From Syntrophomonadaceae bacterium (lineage in GTDB: Bacteria > Bacillota > Dethiobacteria > DTU022), in the NCBI GenBank assembly GCA_003553895.1, contig PWFM01000207.1, positions 1 to 39,210 of the forward strand: DNA of 39,210 bases, given 5' to 3'. Under the pieces are notes generated by a model. It did not search any database, was not told where the DNA came from, and saw only the letters and a list, made by a program, of their open reading frames with translations. A program made the position numbers and the translations under genes. The stretch's first letter is position 1, and each line of letters starts with the position of its first letter. Below are positions 22,884 through 32,926 of this stretch, piece after piece.

Positions 22884-23591
22884 TTAATCGTTAAAAACCT
22901 CCTTTGATATTTCGCCAAGCAACAGCTCAATTTCGCTGACATCGACGGCAAGGCCCTTTACTTCGGATGGATCGCTGTCGCGCAGTGTGGCAAAAATCAC
23001 CCCGACCACTTCCCCCTGATCATTAAACAGCGGACTGCCGCTGCTGCCGGGGTAGATTGCGGCCTGGATCACCAGATACGGCGCTTCACGTTCAGCAGGG
23101 TGCTTAGAATAACCAATCATAAGTCCCTTATTGGCAATCCGGGCAAACTGCAGCGGGTTTCCAATTACCAATAACTCATCTCCAGGCTCTGCTCTCTGTT
23201 CGGACAGGGACACTGCTGGAAGATCTTCTCCCTCTATTTCAATTACCGCCAGGTCGACATGCTCAGAGACATACCATTGCTTTGCGGAATAAGCCCCCCG
23301 TCCGGGAAAAGAAACCCTGATCATCAAAGCATCTTCGACCAGGTGGCGATTGGTAACAATCAACCCGTCAGAGGCAATGTTAAAACCGCTTCCGCGGGCC
23401 TGACCACCGGGAGAACCTGAACGGGAGTCAATGAAAACCTGGACCACAGCTTGTCTCGATTCTTCCACCAGCGGATCATCGGCCAGGGCCCAGGACTCCT
23501 GAAGAAAGGAAAAAGCTGGTCCGGCAAATACTGTTAACCACCGGCCGGTCACGGTAAAAAGAAATATCAGGGCCAGCAAGAAGGCAGTCAC
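22884..23591 (-). CDS. Membrane-anchored trypsin-like serine protease (S1C-like, no PDZ domain)
   Basis: 235 aa. His region: GSGFNIASDGLIVTNRHLV. Ser region: YPGSSGSPLFNDQGEVVGVIFA. There is an N-terminal hydrophobic anchor. The GTG start at 23591 is the only canonical start; see the finding on the in-frame upstream extension. Confidence 0.7.
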   Translation of the reverse strand: MTAFLLALIFLFTVTGRWLTVFAGPAFSFLQESWALADDPLVEESRQAVVQVFIDSRSGSPGGQARGSGFNIASDGLIVTNRHLVEDALMIRVSFPGRGAYSAKQWYVSEHVDLAVIEIEGEDLPAVSLSEQRAEPGDELLVIGNPLQFARIANKGLMIGYSKHPAEREAPYLVIQAAIYPGSSGSPLFNDQGEVVGVIFATLRDSDPSEVKGLAVDVSEIELLLGEISKEVFND

Positions 23592-23981
23592 GCTTAAAAT
23601 TATACGCCGTGACCGATATAAAGCAGCATGATCAGCGGCAAGATCGCTTTCGCCTTCTTCATATTTGCGATTAATCTCTTCGATTAAATCGAGATCATGG
23701 TCATCGTTATCTTTACGTCTAACTTTATTTTCACTCCTTTATTGAGCCGGGAAACAGGGGCAACCAAAAATATGATCACCGAGAATACTTTTTGCCAAAC
23801 TCCACCGCAGTTCCTCTTCTCACAATTATTACAAATTATCGCTTACCTTAATTATCGCTGATTTTTATCCTTTTGGAAACAGCAAGTTACGGCTGCCCGG
23901 CCCGGCATCACCTGTCACGTGTCATTGTTCTCTTCGCCTATTGGAGTTATAATTATAACGCAAACTTAAATATCAAGCGAG

Positions 23982-24317
23982 GTGAATGGCCTGCGTTACG
24001 GGTGTATGCCGGAAAATTTATGCATCCCCGCAAACACTGCCGGCCAAGTGTTGAGCAAATCAAAGGACAGACAGCAATTTGAATCGCCGGAACAAAAAGC
24101 GTTAAAAAAAAAGATCCACCGGGCCCTGCTGGAAGCAAGAAATGCCCAGCACAACGGTGACCACGAGGCGGCGCGAAAGATCGTGCGCCAAATAATGGCT
24201 GAAGCGGCGCCGGAAGCCTACCGGGCCAGCCTTGAAGGCGGCTTCAATTGGGTAGTGGAAACCCTAAAGCCGCTTGATGAGTTGATGCTGCCGGACGATG
24301 ATAGTGATGAGCATTAA
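23982..24317 (+). CDS. Hypothetical small protein (acidic C-terminus)
   Basis: The 111-aa ORF has no motif I recognise. The start is uncertain (GTG 23982 abuts GAGG; ATG at 24006 is an alternative). It is convergent with the Yip1-like gene. Confidence 0.35.
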   Translation: MNGLRYGCMPENLCIPANTAGQVLSKSKDRQQFESPEQKALKKKIHRALLEARNAQHNGDHEAARKIVRQIMAEAAPEAYRASLEGGFNWVVETLKPLDELMLPDDDSDEH

Positions 24318-24334
24318 TTTTTTCCAACACGGTC

Positions 24335-24937
24335 CTAAACAGCAATCAGCAGCGCTGCCACCAGTGCAACAATTATAGCCACCGGTATGACAATCAGGAT
24401 AGCGAAATAGATTATATAGGCGCCGATACTTGCCCCGGTAGAAAGGCCGTGGCTTTCCCGCAGGGCTATAACCTGCAGGACAATAACCCAAACCGATAGT
24501 CCAAAAGTGATCAACCCGCTTAAGATGCTGCCAGCCGTCCCGAAATAAAAAGCAAAAAGAGTAACCGGAACAATAATGATCATCGGAAAATCGGCGAAAC
24601 AGAATGCGCAAAAGAAATTCCAATAAAGACCCCTGCCGCCAAATAATTTGGCTAAAAGATGAAGCAGGCCGGTGAAAATAAATACGGATACGCCGGCAAA
24701 AGCCAGCCCTCCAAAAATAATAACAGATGTTGAAATATACAGGTCAAATTCAGCCATTACTTCTGTTAATCCCCGGAGCCCCTGATCGCCATAGAGATTA
24801 GCCAGAAAAACCAGGATGGTAACCCCAAAGTAAACCAGCAAAGCCCAGCCGATTGGTTTTTCGCGGGCAATCTCATCTAAAGTTTTTACCGGACTGGCCA
24901 TCACCCCGAAAAGCCATTCGACAAGTTTATCACCCAT
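24335..24937 (-). CDS. Yip1-domain-like polytopic membrane protein
   Basis: 200 aa with a short cytoplasmic N-terminus (..MASPVKTLDEIAREKPIGWA..) followed by about 5 TM helices. This resembles bacterial Yip1-family proteins. It starts 30 nt downstream of sppA. Confidence 0.5.
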   Translation of the reverse strand: MGDKLVEWLFGVMASPVKTLDEIAREKPIGWALLVYFGVTILVFLANLYGDQGLRGLTEVMAEFDLYISTSVIIFGGLAFAGVSVFIFTGLLHLLAKLFGGRGLYWNFFCAFCFADFPMIIIVPVTLFAFYFGTAGSILSGLITFGLSVWVIVLQVIALRESHGLSTGASIGAYIIYFAILIVIPVAIIVALVAALLIAV

Positions 24938-24967
24938 ACTGCAACCTCCTCTGCTTTTTTGAAATAT

Positions 24968-25906
24968 CTACCTGACCTGGTAACGGATATCGGGGGGGAC
25001 TCCCTCTCGCAGTTTTTCAAGCAAGACAATTTTCGGATCTGTAAATGATCTTTCCAGAACAGCTAAAACGCTGTAGCCATAATCAAATATCTGCGCAAAT
25101 AGTGACGGCGCCGGGTATTCATAACGGACCGGCTTTTCGAGGTCGTTCATTTCAGCCAGGTATTCTATGGCTTCTTCAATTCCGCCCAGGCGATCGACCA
25201 AACCAAGCTCTAAAGCCTGGCTGCCGAGGAAAAGCTCGCCGGTAGCCAATTCGCGCACTTCTTCGGGATCCATATCCCTTCCTCCGGCCACATCAGTAAT
25301 AAACTGTTCGTAGGCTTCATCAGATATATCCTGCATAAGCTGTCTTTCTTCGTCGGTCAGGGAGCGGCTGAACATATCCTTGTGTTCACCGGACTTAATG
25401 GTTTCAACTTTGATCCCCAGCATTTCATAAAGTTCTTCCATATCCATAATAGAACTGATAACACCGATCGATCCGGTCAGCGTCCCCGGATGCGCCACAA
25501 TCCCCTGGGCCGGAGCAGCGATATAATAACCGCCTGATGCTGCCATGTCAGCCATGGAGACCACGATCGGTTTCTCAAAATTCCTGACCATGGAAGCTAT
25601 TTTCTGGGAAGCCGCGATTGATCCCCCGGGGCTTTCGATCCTTAAAACCACACCTTCAATGGCAGGATCTTCAGCTGCCCGTTCAAGCTGCCGATAAACC
25701 TGATCTGGGGTGATGCCCCCGACAAAAAATCCGCCTGGTGCTTCTTGAATGGTTCCCGCCAGTTTAATTACAACCACCCGCTCTTCACCAACTCTGTCCG
25801 GCTCCCTCACCGGATCAACGCCGTTAAGGAAAGGCATTGCGATAACCGCAACAACCGCGATAACGATTAAAGCGGTGATAAACAGTTTTCGTTTTGTCAA
25901 TACCAT
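24968..25906 (-). CDS. sppA: Signal peptide peptidase SppA, 36K type (S49)
   Basis: 312 aa with an N-terminal anchor, a catalytic Ser region SMADMAASGGYYIA, GSIGV, and a downstream ..SGEHKDMFS.. Lys region. Confidence 0.85.
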   Translation of the reverse strand: MVLTKRKLFITALIVIAVVAVIAMPFLNGVDPVREPDRVGEERVVVIKLAGTIQEAPGGFFVGGITPDQVYRQLERAAEDPAIEGVVLRIESPGGSIAASQKIASMVRNFEKPIVVSMADMAASGGYYIAAPAQGIVAHPGTLTGSIGVISSIMDMEELYEMLGIKVETIKSGEHKDMFSRSLTDEERQLMQDISDEAYEQFITDVAGGRDMDPEEVRELATGELFLGSQALELGLVDRLGGIEEAIEYLAEMNDLEKPVRYEYPAPSLFAQIFDYGYSVLAVLERSFTDPKIVLLEKLREGVPPDIRYQVR

Positions 25907-26047
25907 CCACTCCCATCGATATGATTATGCATACATGTTTTTAATTTGACAGGCCGATCGTTAATTCCTTCATCAGCCAGTATTAATAAGCCTGTGTTTT
26001 GATCTTTCCGTAATCATTTCTTATTCATTAATAATTCCAAAGGGTAG

Positions 26048-26076
26048 TTGTGTCCGTTTATGCGTTGTGTTAAAAT
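26048..26076 (+). promoter_or_regulatory. Candidate promoter of cupin-flavodiiron operon
   Basis: TTGTGT (26048-26053), 17-nt spacer ending in TGT (extended -10), TAAAAT (26071-26076). A short inverted repeat TAACTgctatAGTTA follows immediately downstream. Confidence 0.45.
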
Positions 26077-26126
26077 ATACTTAACTGCTATAGTTATAAA
26101 TTAACACGCTGTGAGGAGGCGATCAT

Positions 26127-26453
26127 GTGGACAAGGACAAATTTACCACAAATGCGGTCAACCTGAAAACACTGACTGATTACCAGAAAGGATCCATTGT
26201 AAGCAAAGAAATACTGAAAAAAGAAAGCGGAAGTGTTACCATATTCGCTTTTGACCGGGGTCAGGGTTTGAGCGAGCATACAGCCCCTTTTGATGCCCTG
26301 GTTTGCGTGCTGGACGGAAACGGTGAAATAATTATCTCCGGAGAGTCTTATAATGTCCAGGAAGGCGAAATGATCATAATGCCGGCTGATGAACCGCATG
26401 CTGTAAAAGCAAATGAGCGCTTTAAGATGATGCTGGTTATGATCCGATCCTGA
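26127..26453 (+). CDS. Cupin domain protein
   Basis: 108 aa. The GTG start lies 7 nt after GAGGAGG (26113-26119). The cupin-like core is ..HTAPFDALVCVLDGNGEIIISGESYNVQEGEMIIMPADEPHAV... Confidence 0.7.
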   Translation: MDKDKFTTNAVNLKTLTDYQKGSIVSKEILKKESGSVTIFAFDRGQGLSEHTAPFDALVCVLDGNGEIIISGESYNVQEGEMIIMPADEPHAVKANERFKMMLVMIRS

Positions 26454-26492
26454 TCATTATTTACCAAAACATTTTAGCAGGAGGTTTTTTTG

Positions 26493-27689
26493 ATGTCTTT
26501 TAAAGTCAATGATAATGTAACCTGGGTGGGCAAAGTAGACTGGGAGCTACGCAAGTTTCACGGTGAAGAATTAAGCACTCACAAGGGGAGCACCTATAAC
26601 TCCTACCTGGTCAGAGGTAAGGAAAAGACTGCTTTGATTGATACTGTCTGGCGCCCCTTTGCCGAAGAGTTTGTCAGTAATTTAAAAAAAGAAATCGACT
26701 TAAACGAGATAGATTATATCGTGGCCAACCACGCCGAGATTGACCACAGCGGTTCTCTTCCTGACCTGCTGCGCGAAATACCGAACACTCCGGTTTTCTG
26801 CAGTAAAGCCGGGATAAAATCGCTCAGCGGGCATTACCACCAGGACTGGAACTTTCAGCCGGTAAAAACCGGCGACAAGCTCGATCTTGGCGGTAAAGAG
26901 TTAGTTTTTATCGAGGCCAAGATGCTCCACTGGCCGGACAGTATGTTCTGCTACCTTACTGAAGACAATTTGCTTTTTCCCAACGACGCATTCGGTCAGC
27001 ACTATGCCTCAGAGCATATGTTTAATGACCTGGTAGACCAGGATGAACTCTACCGGGAAGCGATTAAATATTATGCCAACATCCTGACTCCCTTCAGCAG
27101 CATGGTCACCGCCAAAATCAAAGAGGTAGTCGGCCTTGAGCTGCCTGTAGATATGATCTGCCCCAGCCACGGGGTTATCTGGCGCAGTGATCCGCTCCAG
27201 ATTGTCAACAAATACATGGAATGGGCCGACAACTACCAGGAAAACCAGGTCACACTTATTTATGACACCATGTGGGAAGGCACCCGGAGGGCTGCTGAAG
27301 CTGTTGCAGCCGGAATCAAGGAAGCCAACGACGCTATAACGATCAAACTCTATAATGCCGGCCGTACAGATACAAACGATATTATCACAGAAATTTTCAA
27401 GTCGAAAGGAATCGTGGTCGGATCGCCGACGATTAACAAGGGGGTTTTGCATTCAATAGCCGCCCTGATGGAGATGGCCAAAGGGTTGAATTTCAAGCAG
27501 AAGAAAGCAAGCGCTTTCGGTTGTTATGGCTGGAGCGGTGAATCAGCTAAACTGGTCAGTGAAATGCTGGACCAGGCCGGCTTTGAGTTGATTAACAAAG
27601 ATGGGCTAAAAATGCTCTGGAATCCGGATGAAGAAGCAATCGCCGCTGCCAAAGCATACGGCAGGGAAATCGGCAGTACTCTGTCTTAA
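26493..27689 (+). CDS. Flavodiiron protein (class A FDP; O2/NO reductase)
   Basis: Track ORF 26490..27689. The ATG at 26493 lies 8 nt after AGGAGG. The metallo-beta-lactamase-like domain has the diiron motif NHAEIDHSG. The C-terminal flavodoxin-like domain reads (..GIVVGSPTINKG..). No rubredoxin domain is present. Confidence 0.9.
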   Translation: MSFKVNDNVTWVGKVDWELRKFHGEELSTHKGSTYNSYLVRGKEKTALIDTVWRPFAEEFVSNLKKEIDLNEIDYIVANHAEIDHSGSLPDLLREIPNTPVFCSKAGIKSLSGHYHQDWNFQPVKTGDKLDLGGKELVFIEAKMLHWPDSMFCYLTEDNLLFPNDAFGQHYASEHMFNDLVDQDELYREAIKYYANILTPFSSMVTAKIKEVVGLELPVDMICPSHGVIWRSDPLQIVNKYMEWADNYQENQVTLIYDTMWEGTRRAAEAVAAGIKEANDAITIKLYNAGRTDTNDIITEIFKSKGIVVGSPTINKGVLHSIAALMEMAKGLNFKQKKASAFGCYGWSGESAKLVSEMLDQAGFELINKDGLKMLWNPDEEAIAAAKAYGREIGSTLS

Positions 27690-27729
27690 AAAAATAAGTC
27701 TTGTCTGACCAGGTAATTAAGATTACGCA

Positions 27730-27769
27730 CAGGACGGGGGAAATAGATTAGTCTATATCCCCCGTCCTG
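27730..27769. terminator. Strong stem-loop between convergent fprA-like and tetR genes (possible terminator)
   Basis: The perfect 12-bp stem CAGGACGGGGGA (27730-27741) / TCCCCCGTCCTG (27758-27769) has a 16-nt loop. There is only a weak T-tract (CTTTG) on the plus side and none on the minus side. Confidence 0.45.
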
Positions 27770-27901
27770 CTTTGAAAGCAAGCATCCGCTTAACAATAAA
27801 TCTTTATAAGATGAGCTAAAACACGATCCAGCCTGCCTTTACAGTGCGCTTATCAGCCAACGCTGCCTGTTTAGCGGACCTGTTTTTTGGGCTATAAAAC
27901 C

Positions 27902-28543
27902 CTATTCTGCGGACACCGGGAACCGATCGCCCCTAACCTGCAGATTACCGATGCCGTTCCAGAATATATCGAGGAGTTTGCTCAGCTGTTCTTCTTCTAA
28001 ATCAATATTATCGAGGACAACCATACCGCCCATGACCACACAATTGAGGGCGAGGAAAAGACGTCCGGCCATTTCGATGTCGATGTCGGAACGGATCTCC
28101 TTTGCGTCGATCCCCTTGCGGAACAGGTTTGTTATCCCCTCCAGCAGTTCCTGCCGCCTGTCAATCACCCAGGCCTGTAATTCCTGGAAACTAAGTGGCC
28201 GTTCGTTAAACAGGAGATGTAATTTATTGCGGTTATCTTTGAGAAGTTCGAGGTGGGTATTGACAATGTCCTGCAAAGTTTGTTTGACTGAAGTAGTTTC
28301 AAAAAGGTGTTTACTAAATGACTGGAGGTATGAATCAGCACAGTAGGAAAAACTTTCTTTGAATAAACCTTCCTTGCTGGAAAAGTATTCGTAAACCGTA
28401 CCTTTTCCCACTTCAGCCCGCTCGGCAATCTCAGTGATGGTCACCTGGTAGAAATCTTTTTCCAGAAACATTTCGACCGCCGCAAGGAGGATTTGCTCCC
28501 TTTTATTCCCAAAATCTTTTTTCCGATTATTTGTCACAGTCAT
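27902..28543 (-). CDS. TetR/AcrR family transcriptional regulator
   Basis: Track ORF 27902..28573. The ATG at 28543 lies 9 nt after AAAGGGG. The N-terminal HTH is REQILLAAVEMFLEKDFYQVTITEIAERAEVGKGTVYEYFSSKEGLF. Confidence 0.85.
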   Translation of the reverse strand: MTVTNNRKKDFGNKREQILLAAVEMFLEKDFYQVTITEIAERAEVGKGTVYEYFSSKEGLFKESFSYCADSYLQSFSKHLFETTSVKQTLQDIVNTHLELLKDNRNKLHLLFNERPLSFQELQAWVIDRRQELLEGITNLFRKGIDAKEIRSDIDIEMAGRLFLALNCVVMGGMVVLDNIDLEEEQLSKLLDIFWNGIGNLQVRGDRFPVSAE

Positions 28544-28614
28544 TAGCATAAACCCCTTTCTTTTAAGCTTCAATCTGACACAAACTCTCCTTGTTCAACC
28601 GCATAAGCATTTCA

Positions 28615-28633
28615 CCCGGTTGTTAAAACCGGG
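28615..28633 (-). other. Intercistronic hairpin between RND and tetR genes
   Basis: The 7-bp perfect stem CCCGGTT / AACCGGG has a 5-nt loop and no U-tract. It lies inside the 102-nt RND-tetR spacer. Confidence 0.35.
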
Positions 28634-28645
28634 CCGGGCATTCTG

Positions 28646-31600
28646 TCAGTGGATTACCGAAACCAGATCCTGGCCTGACAGATTAAACAAAATAAGGATA
28701 ACTGCCATCAGGATTATAACAACTGCCATACGCAAGATAACCATAATCAAAGGCTTTTCAATTTTGCCGATGCGCCTGCTCCCTGCCCCGGCAAAAGGCT
28801 CGGACCAATCAGCAGCGGGAGAAATAATTTGTGAATGGCCGGAAAACGAAATATCCCCTGCTTCAATGCCCTTTTCTTTAGTAAGCACCATGTAAATTGA
28901 GGGAATGGCCAAAAGCAACAGAAGAGTTCCTGTAATCTGACCGCCGATAATGGTTATAGCCATTGGCGCCTGAAGCTGGCTGCCTTCACCGATACCTAAA
29001 GCCAGTGGCAAGAGACCCAATCCGGTGGTAGCAGTGGTCATCAAAATCGGGCGCAGACGGGCAGCTGCTCCTTCCACAACAGCTTCTTTCAATCGCAGGC
29101 CGTGGATCCTGCGCTGCTGGTTGATGTAATCAACCATAATAATTCCGTCGTTGACCAAAATACCGGAGAGAACGACAACTCCGATCATGGCCGGAACACT
29201 GAGGCTGTTACCGGTGATCATCAGGGCAATAATCGACCCGGCAAAGGCCATAGGCAGGCTGAGAATAATAATAAACGGGTGCAGCAGTGATTCAAACTGC
29301 GCGGCCATAACCAGGTAAACCATCAGGGCGGCCAGGACCACAACCAGCTCAAGTTCCGATAATACATCTTCCATCATGCTAAAGCTGCCCGAGGGTTTTA
29401 TTTCATAACCGTCAGGCAAGGCAATCCCGCTCAGTTCTTCAAGAGCCTCTTCAGTGGCTGTGCCCAGGTCAGTATCCCTGTATTGAATCTGAATCTGGCC
29501 GACAATTTTCTGGTTTTCACGCGGAATACTCTGTGGCCCAAAATCTTCTGTCAACTCAGCGATATCTTCGAGGTAAAGATATTCTCCGTTAGGTGTATAA
29601 AACCCGATACGTCCGAGGTCTTCAACTGTCTTTATATCACTTTTTTCGTAACCGAGAATAATGTCAAATATGCCATCATCAGTCTCAATACGGCTGACCG
29701 GGATTCCCTCCAGCGCCTGGCGCACAGCGCCGGCCACCTGATACTGGGTAACCCCCAATTGCAGGGCCTCACTTTGATCAAGGCGAATATGAACTTCTGG
29801 ACGACTATCTTCAAGAGATGATTGCACATCGGTAAAGTTCGGATGATCTGAAAGTTTTTCTGCCGCCTGAGCGTTAATTTCGGTGACCCGGGCCAGATCA
29901 TCGCCGGTGACATCCAAATCCAGTGTAGTTTCCAATCCGGCAGCCCGCAGCAAAGATTCGCGGGAAAAAGACAGTTCCACGTCACTTGACAGGGCCTCTG
30001 CCTCTTCTCGCACTTCTTCGATAACCCGGTCTATTTCACCAATACGCTCAGGATCGATTTCGACCCGTATATCAGCCTGGTTTGAGTTGCCGCCGCCACC
30101 TCCCATGCCCATGAAACCGCCCCCGCCAACCTGGACATCAAAAGAATCAATTATTTCTCTTTGGGCCAGGATATTTTCGACCTCGGTCACAAAATCATCA
30201 GTTTTTTCCAGGGTGCTGCCGGGAGGGAGGGTAATATCGATCGAAAAAGCCGATTCATCGGTCGGGGGAAATAACTCAGTGCCCAGGGTGGTAAAACCAA
30301 GGGCTCCGGCAGCGACAAAAACAACAGCAAAAATGATCACCCACCAGGGGCTGCCGACTGCTGCATTAAGCAACCTGCGATAGGTAGGCAGCCGGGGCGA
30401 ACCTGAATTTTCAGAACTGCTTTTACGGCTTTTACGTAATGAACGCGAAGCAAGCAGGGGAATAACAGTCAGGGCCACCACCAAAGAGGCAAGAATAGCA
30501 CAGGCTACAGTCAGGGCGAATTCCCAGAACAACTCTCCCGCCAGGCCGGTCAGGAACACCACCGGGAAAAATACACTGATCGTAGTCAGGGTAGAGGCGG
30601 TAACTGCACCGGCTACCTCCCGGGCCCCATCAATGGCAGCATCAGCCGGTTCTTTACCGAGCTGGTAATGCCGGTAAATATTTTCACTGACCACGATGGA
30701 ATTATCGACGAGCATGCCGGCAGCCAAGGCCAGGGCCCCCAGGGTCATCAGGTTAATGGTTATATCGGCAAAATAGAGCAGGGAAAAGGTAAAAATTATG
30801 GCCGCTGGAATACTCAGCCCGATAAACATGGTGGTCCGCCAGTTTTTAAGAAAGAGCAAAAGCACAATAATGGCCAGAACGGCTCCACCGGCCAGGGCCC
30901 AGGCCAGGTCGGCCAGGGCATACTCGATTTCTTCGGCCTGGTCAAAAACAACATCGAAGTTAATCTGGGAAAAATTACCTGCACTTTCGTTGGTAAGCTG
31001 ATCGAGAGCTTCTCTCACATCGCCGGCGACTCTTACCGTATTGGCATCGCCTTCTTTTTGCAGCACCAGGCTGATGCTGGGCTCCTGGTTGTGGCGGGTA
31101 ATTGAATCCGGGCTGTAGGTATCCTGTTTTATTTCGGCTATCATACCCAGCGACACCGGGTTTATCGGAAAATCATCGCCAAAATCGAGCCCGTCCATGC
31201 CCATGCCCGGACCTGATCCACCCGAAGCCATTGAGCCCTGAATTGTCGAGGCAGCCAGATCCTGCAGGCTTTCTTCGAGAAAGCGCGATGCATCATCTAT
31301 GCCCCGGTCCATGTCGCTTTGAACATTTGACAACCAGGCCCCGTAATCGGGCAGCTGCACAACCGGATCCCGGCGGATATTTTCCCAGTTCTCGTGGAAA
31401 GCAACCAGCACGTATCTTGAGTTGGCCGCTGTAATCAGCGATGATTGATCAGCGAGTTCGCCTAGATCACTTTCTGTTAAATCATAGCGGTCCAGGCTGA
31501 GCGGATCAACGGGAATAATCGCCTGGTTGCCATCCCAATCAGCTCCGGCTATGATCCAGACATCTTCCAGGCGGACAGTGGCATCATCGGTGAAAACACT

Positions 31601-32689
31601 AAAGCTGTCCCCGGAAGAAAGAGTTTTCCGTCCCAGGGACGACAAAGAAAGAACCATGCTCCGGCTGCCCTTATCATAAGTAATATTCGGATTGGCCGTA
31701 AAAAGGCGCAGGCTGTCTTCGATATCTTCAGCGTTTTCATCTGCCCACACAGCATCGATCGGAATGTGCAGTTCACTGCTGGCAATGGCGCCACGATCAA
31801 AATCGAAATAATCATCCCAGTAAATTTCCCGCATTGGCACACCGCCGCTGCTCCTGCCGCTGCCGCTCAAGGGATTGCTCTGACCGGCCAGCATCTGATT
31901 CAAATCAATATCAATTTCTTCGCCGATCATTTTCTCCAGTTCTTTCTCGTCAACCTGGAATCCGACAACCAGGTCAGCGAGCCTGGCAGTTTCAGCATAC
32001 CGGCCCAGAAAACGGATTCTCACCCGGCGTTCTTCAAGATCAATTATCCCGGCCGGCAAATCGACCAGGCTGGCCTGGAGGACATTGGCAATCTGATCAA
32101 AAGAAACCTGGTAATCGTCCATCACCTCCGGCGAGGTGCGGACAAAAACATCCTGCTTCGCCCCACCCTGAACCTGCACACTGGCCACCCCGGAAATTGA
32201 TTCAAGCCTTGGGGAAGCAGTCTCATTAAGCCATTCGGTGAGTTCAACCCGGTCATCTGTGCCACTGGCCGAAACCATCATAATCGGCATCAGTGTCGGG
32301 TCAAATTCAAGGAGCATCGGCTGCCGGACATCGTCGGGCAAATCAATTAAGTCCATGCGCACGTTTACATCTTCACGCACTTCTTTAACGTTCATCCCCC
32401 AGTTAAACTGCATGATCACAAGGGACAGGCCCTCCTGGGAAATTGAGTTCAGATTAGTCAAGCCGCTGACGGCGGAAACCTCATTCTCAATTTTTTCGGT
32501 AACCAGCTCTAAGGTTTCCTGGGGGGAACTACCCGGAAAGGCGGTAATTACCGCCAGCACCGGCGGCTGAATATCTGGCAGCAGGTCCAGCGGGCTCTGG
32601 TAAAGACTGACCAGGCCAATAAGCAGGACCAGGATTAATATTGTGGCCGTGGCTACCGGCCTTTTGACTGCCATCCTCGACAAGCCCAT
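28646..32689 (-). CDS. RND (AcrB/HAE-type) efflux permease with large loop insertion and C-terminal extension
   Basis: Track ORF 28646..32695. The ATG at 32689 lies 9 nt after GGAGG. The N-terminus ([20 protein letters not shown]..), the two large extracytoplasmic loops and the 12-TM layout are typical of the RND family. The protein is about 1347 aa, whereas the RND permeases I know are about 1030-1050 aa. Confidence 0.85.
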   Translation of the reverse strand: MGLSRMAVKRPVATATILILVLLIGLVSLYQSPLDLLPDIQPPVLAVITAFPGSSPQETLELVTEKIENEVSAVSGLTNLNSISQEGLSLVIMQFNWGMNVKEVREDVNVRMDLIDLPDDVRQPMLLEFDPTLMPIMMVSASGTDDRVELTEWLNETASPRLESISGVASVQVQGGAKQDVFVRTSPEVMDDYQVSFDQIANVLQASLVDLPAGIIDLEERRVRIRFLGRYAETARLADLVVGFQVDEKELEKMIGEEIDIDLNQMLAGQSNPLSGSGRSSGGVPMREIYWDDYFDFDRGAIASSELHIPIDAVWADENAEDIEDSLRLFTANPNITYDKGSRSMVLSLSSLGRKTLSSGDSFSVFTDDATVRLEDVWIIAGADWDGNQAIIPVDPLSLDRYDLTESDLGELADQSSLITAANSRYVLVAFHENWENIRRDPVVQLPDYGAWLSNVQSDMDRGIDDASRFLEESLQDLAASTIQGSMASGGSGPGMGMDGLDFGDDFPINPVSLGMIAEIKQDTYSPDSITRHNQEPSISLVLQKEGDANTVRVAGDVREALDQLTNESAGNFSQINFDVVFDQAEEIEYALADLAWALAGGAVLAIIVLLLFLKNWRTTMFIGLSIPAAIIFTFSLLYFADITINLMTLGALALAAGMLVDNSIVVSENIYRHYQLGKEPADAAIDGAREVAGAVTASTLTTISVFFPVVFLTGLAGELFWEFALTVACAILASLVVALTVIPLLASRSLRKSRKSSSENSGSPRLPTYRRLLNAAVGSPWWVIIFAVVFVAAGALGFTTLGTELFPPTDESAFSIDITLPPGSTLEKTDDFVTEVENILAQREIIDSFDVQVGGGGFMGMGGGGGNSNQADIRVEIDPERIGEIDRVIEEVREEAEALSSDVELSFSRESLLRAAGLETTLDLDVTGDDLARVTEINAQAAEKLSDHPNFTDVQSSLEDSRPEVHIRLDQSEALQLGVTQYQVAGAVRQALEGIPVSRIETDDGIFDIILGYEKSDIKTVEDLGRIGFYTPNGEYLYLEDIAELTEDFGPQSIPRENQKIVGQIQIQYRDTDLGTATEEALEELSGIALPDGYEIKPSGSFSMMEDVLSELELVVVLAALMVYLVMAAQFESLLHPFIIILSLPMAFAGSIIALMITGNSLSVPAMIGVVVLSGILVNDGIIMVDYINQQRRIHGLRLKEAVVEGAAARLRPILMTTATTGLGLLPLALGIGEGSQLQAPMAITIIGGQITGTLLLLLAIPSIYMVLTKEKGIEAGDISFSGHSQIISPAADWSEPFAGAGSRRIGKIEKPLIMVILRMAVVIILMAVILILFNLSGQDLVSVIH

Positions 32690-32846
32690 GCACAAAACCC
32701 TCCAGAAAACATCTAATTTTTAATGCTGCAATTAAATTCTTAACCGTCAACCATTTTTTCAACGCTTACCCGGCAGTTGAAAGTGATTCCGGCCTAAATT
32801 AAGTCATTTACAACCGGCCGGCAAACGATCACCATCCCCAACCCGG

Positions 32847-32858
32847 CCGACCGGTCGG
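32847..32858. promoter_or_regulatory. Perfect 12-bp palindrome CCGACCGGTCGG, candidate TetR operator downstream of an extended -10 promoter
   Basis: On the minus strand TGtTATAAT (-10 at 32876-32871) lies about 12 nt upstream of the palindrome. The -35 is poor (GTTTTA). It sits about 160-180 nt upstream of the RND start. Confidence 0.4.
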
Positions 32859-32926
32859 TCAATCTTACCTATTATAACATATACCGCTTACGATAAAACC
32901 CCGCAAATAAAGTTCTATTTTTCTGA

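Noticed and set aside
23834-23859. 10-bp direct repeat AATTATCGCT at 23834-23843 and 23850-23859, upstream of the small hypothetical ORF.
   Set aside because: A short AT-rich repeat of this kind is expected by chance at about this frequency locally. No adjacent regulator or promoter elements give it meaning, so it is noted only.
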